Shown: piece after piece, positions 60,066 to 64,000 of the stretch
Layout of the letters: every line of letters starts with the position of its first letter
How positions within the stretch are numbered: position 1 is the stretch's first letter
DNA from: Gammaproteobacteria bacterium
GTDB lineage: Bacteria; Pseudomonadota; Gammaproteobacteria; CBDBNL01; JAAOII01
Assembly (NCBI GenBank): GCA_965209035.1
Contig: OZ242372.1
Span: 1,696,001-1,760,000 of the forward strand
DNA length: 64,000 bases
Direction of reading: 5' to 3'
Notes under the pieces: generated by a model
Told to the model about the DNA's origin: nothing
What the model saw: the letters and a program-made list of their open reading frames with translations, nothing else
The model's database searches: none
Program-made: the position numbers and the translations under genes

Positions 60066-61044
60066 GACCGCTGTTATCTTGATCGTTTTTGTTGTCTTTT
60101 TTGTGATATCTCATCTGTCCCTTCAAAAAAACTTACGGATACAGGGAGATTCCTATATCCTGTCAATAGAAAAAGGGGATACTTTAATCGGCATTTTGAG
60201 CAGATTGCACGGGGAGAACATCACGGACTCACCGGGAGAGATCCGTTTGTGGATGCGAATTTTCGGCTTGTCGTCGGTGATTCAAGCGGGAGATTACCGC
60301 TTGCAAAAAGATATGACACAACGCGATCTCTTGCATCAACTTGTGGACGGGCAACAGGTTCTTTATTCGGTGCGTGCCGGCACGGGTGGCACCTATAAAG
60401 ATTTTTACGCGGCGGTCCGCAATCATCCGGAGGTCATCGGAACATTGGCGGGTAAGCCGGATGCGGAAGTGATGGAACTTATCGGGAGCGGGTATGCTCA
60501 CCCCGAGGGGATGTTTTATGCCGATACCTATGGTTTTTATGGGGGAGAAACGGATCTGAATATCCTTAAAAGAGCCCATCACAGACTGAACAAAATTCTG
60601 CTGGAGGAATGGGAGGCAAGAGCCGCCGATTTGCCTTATCGGACCCCTTACGAGGCATTGATTCTTGCTTCCATAGTGGAGAAAGAAACAGGACTGGACA
60701 GCGAGCGCCCCGTCATTGCGGGAGTATTTGTCAACCGTTTAAGAAAAGGAATGCGGCTGCAAACGGATCCGACGGTTATCTACGGTATGGGCGACGCATA
60801 CAAAGGCAATATTCGCCGCCGGGACCTGCGCAAACCAACCCCTTACAACACCTATGTCATTTACGGTCTGCCGCCGACGCCGATTGCGCTTACGGATCGG
60901 CGGGCGATCCGCGCCGTCATGCAACCGGCCGATACGGATTATCTTTTTTTTGTTGCCAAAGGAGGCGGTGAAAGAGGGCACTCTTTTTCGGTCACTCTGG
61001 AACAGCACAACCGAGCGGTGAGAAAGTATCAACTGCGTCAGTGA
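60016..61044 (+). CDS. mltG: Endolytic transglycosylase MltG (frame is open from 59896)
   Basis: LILASIVEKET, MRLQTDPTVIYG, YNTY...GLPPTPI and YLFFVAKG motifs. Confidence 0.95.
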   Translation: MNIYKRIRKKYFLWASATAVILIVFVVFFVISHLSLQKNLRIQGDSYILSIEKGDTLIGILSRLHGENITDSPGEIRLWMRIFGLSSVIQAGDYRLQKDMTQRDLLHQLVDGQQVLYSVRAGTGGTYKDFYAAVRNHPEVIGTLAGKPDAEVMELIGSGYAHPEGMFYADTYGFYGGETDLNILKRAHHRLNKILLEEWEARAADLPYRTPYEALILASIVEKETGLDSERPVIAGVFVNRLRKGMRLQTDPTVIYGMGDAYKGNIRRRDLRKPTPYNTYVIYGLPPTPIALTDRRAIRAVMQPADTDYLFFVAKGGGERGHSFSVTLEQHNRAVRKYQLRQ

Positions 61045-61138
61045 AGTCATTATTTTTACGACAGGCGGCTGCTCTTGAACAACACAACACCCGCAATACC
61101 CCGGGGTAAAAGCATCATCACAGATATACGGATATGAT

Positions 61139-61750
61139 ATGAACAGAGGCAAACTGATCTGTTTGGAGGGAATTGATTTTTCCGGTAAGAGCACCTACTG
61201 TCGTCATGCGAAAGATTTTTTGACGGGGCGCGGTTATCCCGTTGTTCAAACACGCGAGCCGGGCGGCACCGAGGTTGCGGATAAAATAGCGTCTTTTTTA
61301 AAGCGGGACAGCGAAGAAACGATCCTTCCGCACACGGAGTTATGGCTATTTTTTGCCGCTCGCTGCCAACATCTGCATCATTTTATCTTGCCGCATTTGA
61401 CAAAAGGCACCTGGGTGATAAGCGACAGGTTTCTGCTTTCCAGTTACGCCTATCAGGGCGGCGGTCGTCGCCTGGAAACCGCCCATATAGATGCTCTGGC
61501 AAGCCAATTGCCGCAAGTTGTGCCGGATCTCACCGTGATCTTTGATATTCCGTTTTCGGTGGCACAAACCAGATCCGCCGGGCACTCCAAAGATCGCATA
61601 GAAGGCGAGACTGCCGATTTTTATCAAAGGGTGCGCGAAGTGTACTTGTGCTATGCCGACACGCATCCTGCCGATTCGGTTCTGATAAACGCCGATCAAA
61701 AGCCCGATGCCGTTAAAGCGGATCTGGAAAAAGTGCTCGCGCGGTTGTGA
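61139..61750 (+). CDS. tmk: Thymidylate kinase
   Basis: EGIDFSGKST, TREPGGT and SDRF..SS.AYQGGGR motifs. Confidence 0.96.
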   Translation: MNRGKLICLEGIDFSGKSTYCRHAKDFLTGRGYPVVQTREPGGTEVADKIASFLKRDSEETILPHTELWLFFAARCQHLHHFILPHLTKGTWVISDRFLLSSYAYQGGGRRLETAHIDALASQLPQVVPDLTVIFDIPFSVAQTRSAGHSKDRIEGETADFYQRVREVYLCYADTHPADSVLINADQKPDAVKADLEKVLARL

Positions 61751-62778
61751 ATTCCGAACTCGCGCCGATCTATCCTTGGCAGCGCGACCTCTGGCAAAAA
61801 CTTGTCAAAGATCGCGCGCTCTTACCAAACGCATTGATGCTGTCCGGTCAAGCCGGTATGGGTAAAACGGTATTCGCGCTGCACTTGGCAAGACTTCTGT
61901 TGTGTTTCTCGCCTCAAAACAAAAACAAAAATAAAGATGGAGACGGAGACGGAGTCCTGTCCGCTTGCGGCACCTGCCATTCTTGTTCTCTGTTCGCGTC
62001 CCGGACACACCCGGATCTTCTGCATATTGATGGCTCGGCCTCGTCTTCGGCCTCGTCTTCGGGCTCGTCTTCGGTAAAGAGGAGCATTCTTTTATCCGAT
62101 GTGCATGGATTACGAAATTTCTTACAACGCACATCGCATCTGGGACAAGCCAAAGCGGTTGTGGTGACCGCCGCGGAAACGATGAACCGGGCGGCCGCGA
62201 ACGCGCTCTTAAAGATTTTGGAAGAACCTCCTCCTCAAAAATACCTGATTCTTGTTACGGCGGCCGCCGCACGCCTGCCCGCCACGGTGTGCAGTCGTTG
62301 TGTTTTTATTCATATGCGCTCACTGACCGCGGATGAATTGAACGCTTGGCTCGCCGGTCTTACCGAAGTAATCCGACCGGATGTCTTTTTGTGTGGCCTG
62401 TGCGGCAATGCTCCTTTGGCTGCCCGCGAACTCTTAACTTCCGAAAGGGGGAAGATCCTCGTGCGAATTAACAAAACACTTGAGGTTTTGGAAGCGGGCA
62501 ATGCCAACACACAACAGTTTATCGCCGCATGTCTTACCGGGCTCAAGCACCGGACAGATCCCATTCGGGCGGAGGACCCGCTCAACCTGTTGATATGGCG
62601 GCTGGAAAACATAGTTCTTGGCGGTGCTCCCGTTTCTCAGGATACCCCGTTTTACAGGCTGTGGAAGATTTTTTTGGCTCGGCGGCGTCTGTTGTTGACG
62701 GGTATCAATTTAAACAAGGAACTTCTTTACGAGGAGTGTGCAGTCTTGTGGCAACTCGCTATGCGAAAAAGGGGATGA
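61747..62778 (+). CDS. holB: DNA polymerase III subunit delta'
   Basis: IYPWQ, CG.C.SC, HPD, AANALLKILEEP and SRC motifs; follows tmk. Confidence 0.92.
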   Translation: MNSELAPIYPWQRDLWQKLVKDRALLPNALMLSGQAGMGKTVFALHLARLLLCFSPQNKNKNKDGDGDGVLSACGTCHSCSLFASRTHPDLLHIDGSASSSASSSGSSSVKRSILLSDVHGLRNFLQRTSHLGQAKAVVVTAAETMNRAAANALLKILEEPPPQKYLILVTAAAARLPATVCSRCVFIHMRSLTADELNAWLAGLTEVIRPDVFLCGLCGNAPLAARELLTSERGKILVRINKTLEVLEAGNANTQQFIAACLTGLKHRTDPIRAEDPLNLLIWRLENIVLGGAPVSQDTPFYRLWKIFLARRRLLLTGINLNKELLYEECAVLWQLAMRKRG

Positions 62779-62893
62779 AAAAGCCGGGGAAATGGAAATA
62801 AATTCTTTCCCGCCGACCAACAATTCTTTGCCCGGATTCTTCAGTAGGTGCTTGGCATGCATCGGGATTAGCCGGATTTGTTTTTCTTTTTAG

Positions 62894-64000
62894 TTATTCC
62901 TTGCGTCCGTAAACATCGTCATAACGAACAATATCGTCTTCTTCCAAATAGTCGCCGTTTTGAATTTCTATGACGACCAACAATTCTTTGCCCGGATTCT
63001 TCAGCCGGTGCTTGGCATGCATCGGGATGTAGGTGGATTCGTTTTTCTTTAAGCGAAAGATTTTCTCGTTACAGGTCACTTCCGCTTCGCCGCGAACGAC
63101 CACCCAATGTTCGGATCTGCGCCGGTGAGACTGTAACGAAAGTGCCGCCCCCGGGTAAACGGCAAGACGCTTTACCTGAAATCCTGTTCGCTTAATCAGA
63201 GATTCATACCAGCCCCAGGGTCTGTGAGAACGATATTGCATGTCCGCTTGCTCTCTCTTTTCCTTGCGCATTTCCTCTACCAGAGTTTTAACTTCCTCGC
63301 TCTTGTCGCGATGCACAATTAGAGTGGCGTCCTGTGTGTCCGCCACCATCAAGTCATCGACACCCACCGTGGCGATGATGCGGTTCTTGCCGGCACTGAT
63401 AAACACATTTTTCCCGTCAACAACTTTTCCTTCTCCTTCGCTTTCTTCCTCCCCCAAAATAATGTTGCCGTGTTCGTCCCCGTTTTGAAGGTTTTGACGG
63501 ATATCGGCAACAGACTTCCAGGTGCCGATATCGCTCCATGCCTGGTCCAACGGTACCAAAAATACATCGGCTTCTTTTTCCATCAAAGCGTAGTCTATGG
63601 ATTGGCTGCGGACCTTCTTAAAGACGTCGCCGACACGCGTGAAGCCCAGGTCTTTTTGTCTTTCACGAATTGCCGTTTGGCAGCCGGCGGCGATATCCGG
63701 CGCATGGGCTTGCAAACTGTTTAAGAAAAAGGAGAGCGACCATACAAAAATACCGCTATTCCAATAGTATTCCCCCGAGTCAATATATTCCCGTGCTTTT
63801 TGCATTGTCGGCTTTTCCACAAACTGTCGGACCTTTTGGATGCCGTCCGACTTTTTGCCGACGCGAATATACCCGTAACCGTCGTAAGCAAATCGCGGCT
63901 TCACTCCAAAGGTGCCGAGCCCGCCGGCAGTCGCCCTGTTTGCCGCAAGGAGCACCGCCTCTTGCAATCGTTTTTCGTCTTCAATATAGTGATCCGCCGG
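62894..64000 (-). CDS. manC: Mannose-1-phosphate guanylyltransferase / mannose-6-phosphate isomerase, 5' end outside the window
   Basis: FVEKP, WNSGIF, SIDYALME, WSDIGTW, RPWG and LSLQSH..RSEHWVVV motifs. Confidence 0.95.
   Translation of the reverse strand, partial: PADHYIEDEKRLQEAVLLAANRATAGGLGTFGVKPRFAYDGYGYIRVGKKSDGIQKVRQFVEKPTMQKAREYIDSGEYYWNSGIFVWSLSFFLNSLQAHAPDIAAGCQTAIRERQKDLGFTRVGDVFKKVRSQSIDYALMEKEADVFLVPLDQAWSDIGTWKSVADIRQNLQNGDEHGNIILGEEESEGEGKVVDGKNVFISAGKNRIIATVGVDDLMVADTQDATLIVHRDKSEEVKTLVEEMRKEKREQADMQYRSHRPWGWYESLIKRTGFQVKRLAVYPGAALSLQSHRRRSEHWVVVRGEAEVTCNEKIFRLKKNESTYIPMHAKHRLKNPGKELLVVIEIQNGDYLEEDDIVRYDDVYGRKE

Noticed and set aside
62814-63028. Template/variable repeat pair of a diversity-generating retroelement
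   Set aside because: There is no reverse transcriptase in the window, only two mismatches, and the target is a housekeeping enzyme.

Overview
This 64-kb window looks like a gammaproteobacterial chromosome with a shuffled gene order; a host-associated lifestyle such as a marine invertebrate symbiont is only my inference. Housekeeping genes include trpC, ilvE, argG, pgsA, nfuA, gltX, mltD, yejAB, dcd, apbC, an AddA-like helicase-nuclease, atpBEFHAG, tRNA-Arg(CCG), bepA, rpmF-fabDG-acpP-fabF-mltG-tmk-holB and manC. Four genes of one modular, Cys-rich putative surface lipoprotein family (3838, 956, 1450 and 796 aa) are interspersed. They are built from FN3-like domains, thrombospondin type 3-like DxDxDG repeats, and nine copies of a capped GLUG-type solenoid with a conserved framework, a variable coil number and a hypervariable Cys-closed loop. 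Three of the four genes sit just downstream of the same IS30-family terminal repeat followed after exactly 3 nt by TATAATAA; two of these ends belong to independently deleted ~550-bp IS30 remnants. Also present: a sugar-oxidation cluster (two GMC oxidoreductases, an SDR, DUF993), an AT-rich orphan adenine methyltransferase with a stub of a second methylase, an 80-bp dispersed palindromic element, an atp operon lacking atpI and atpDC, and many short tandem duplications at gene termini and in protein loops.
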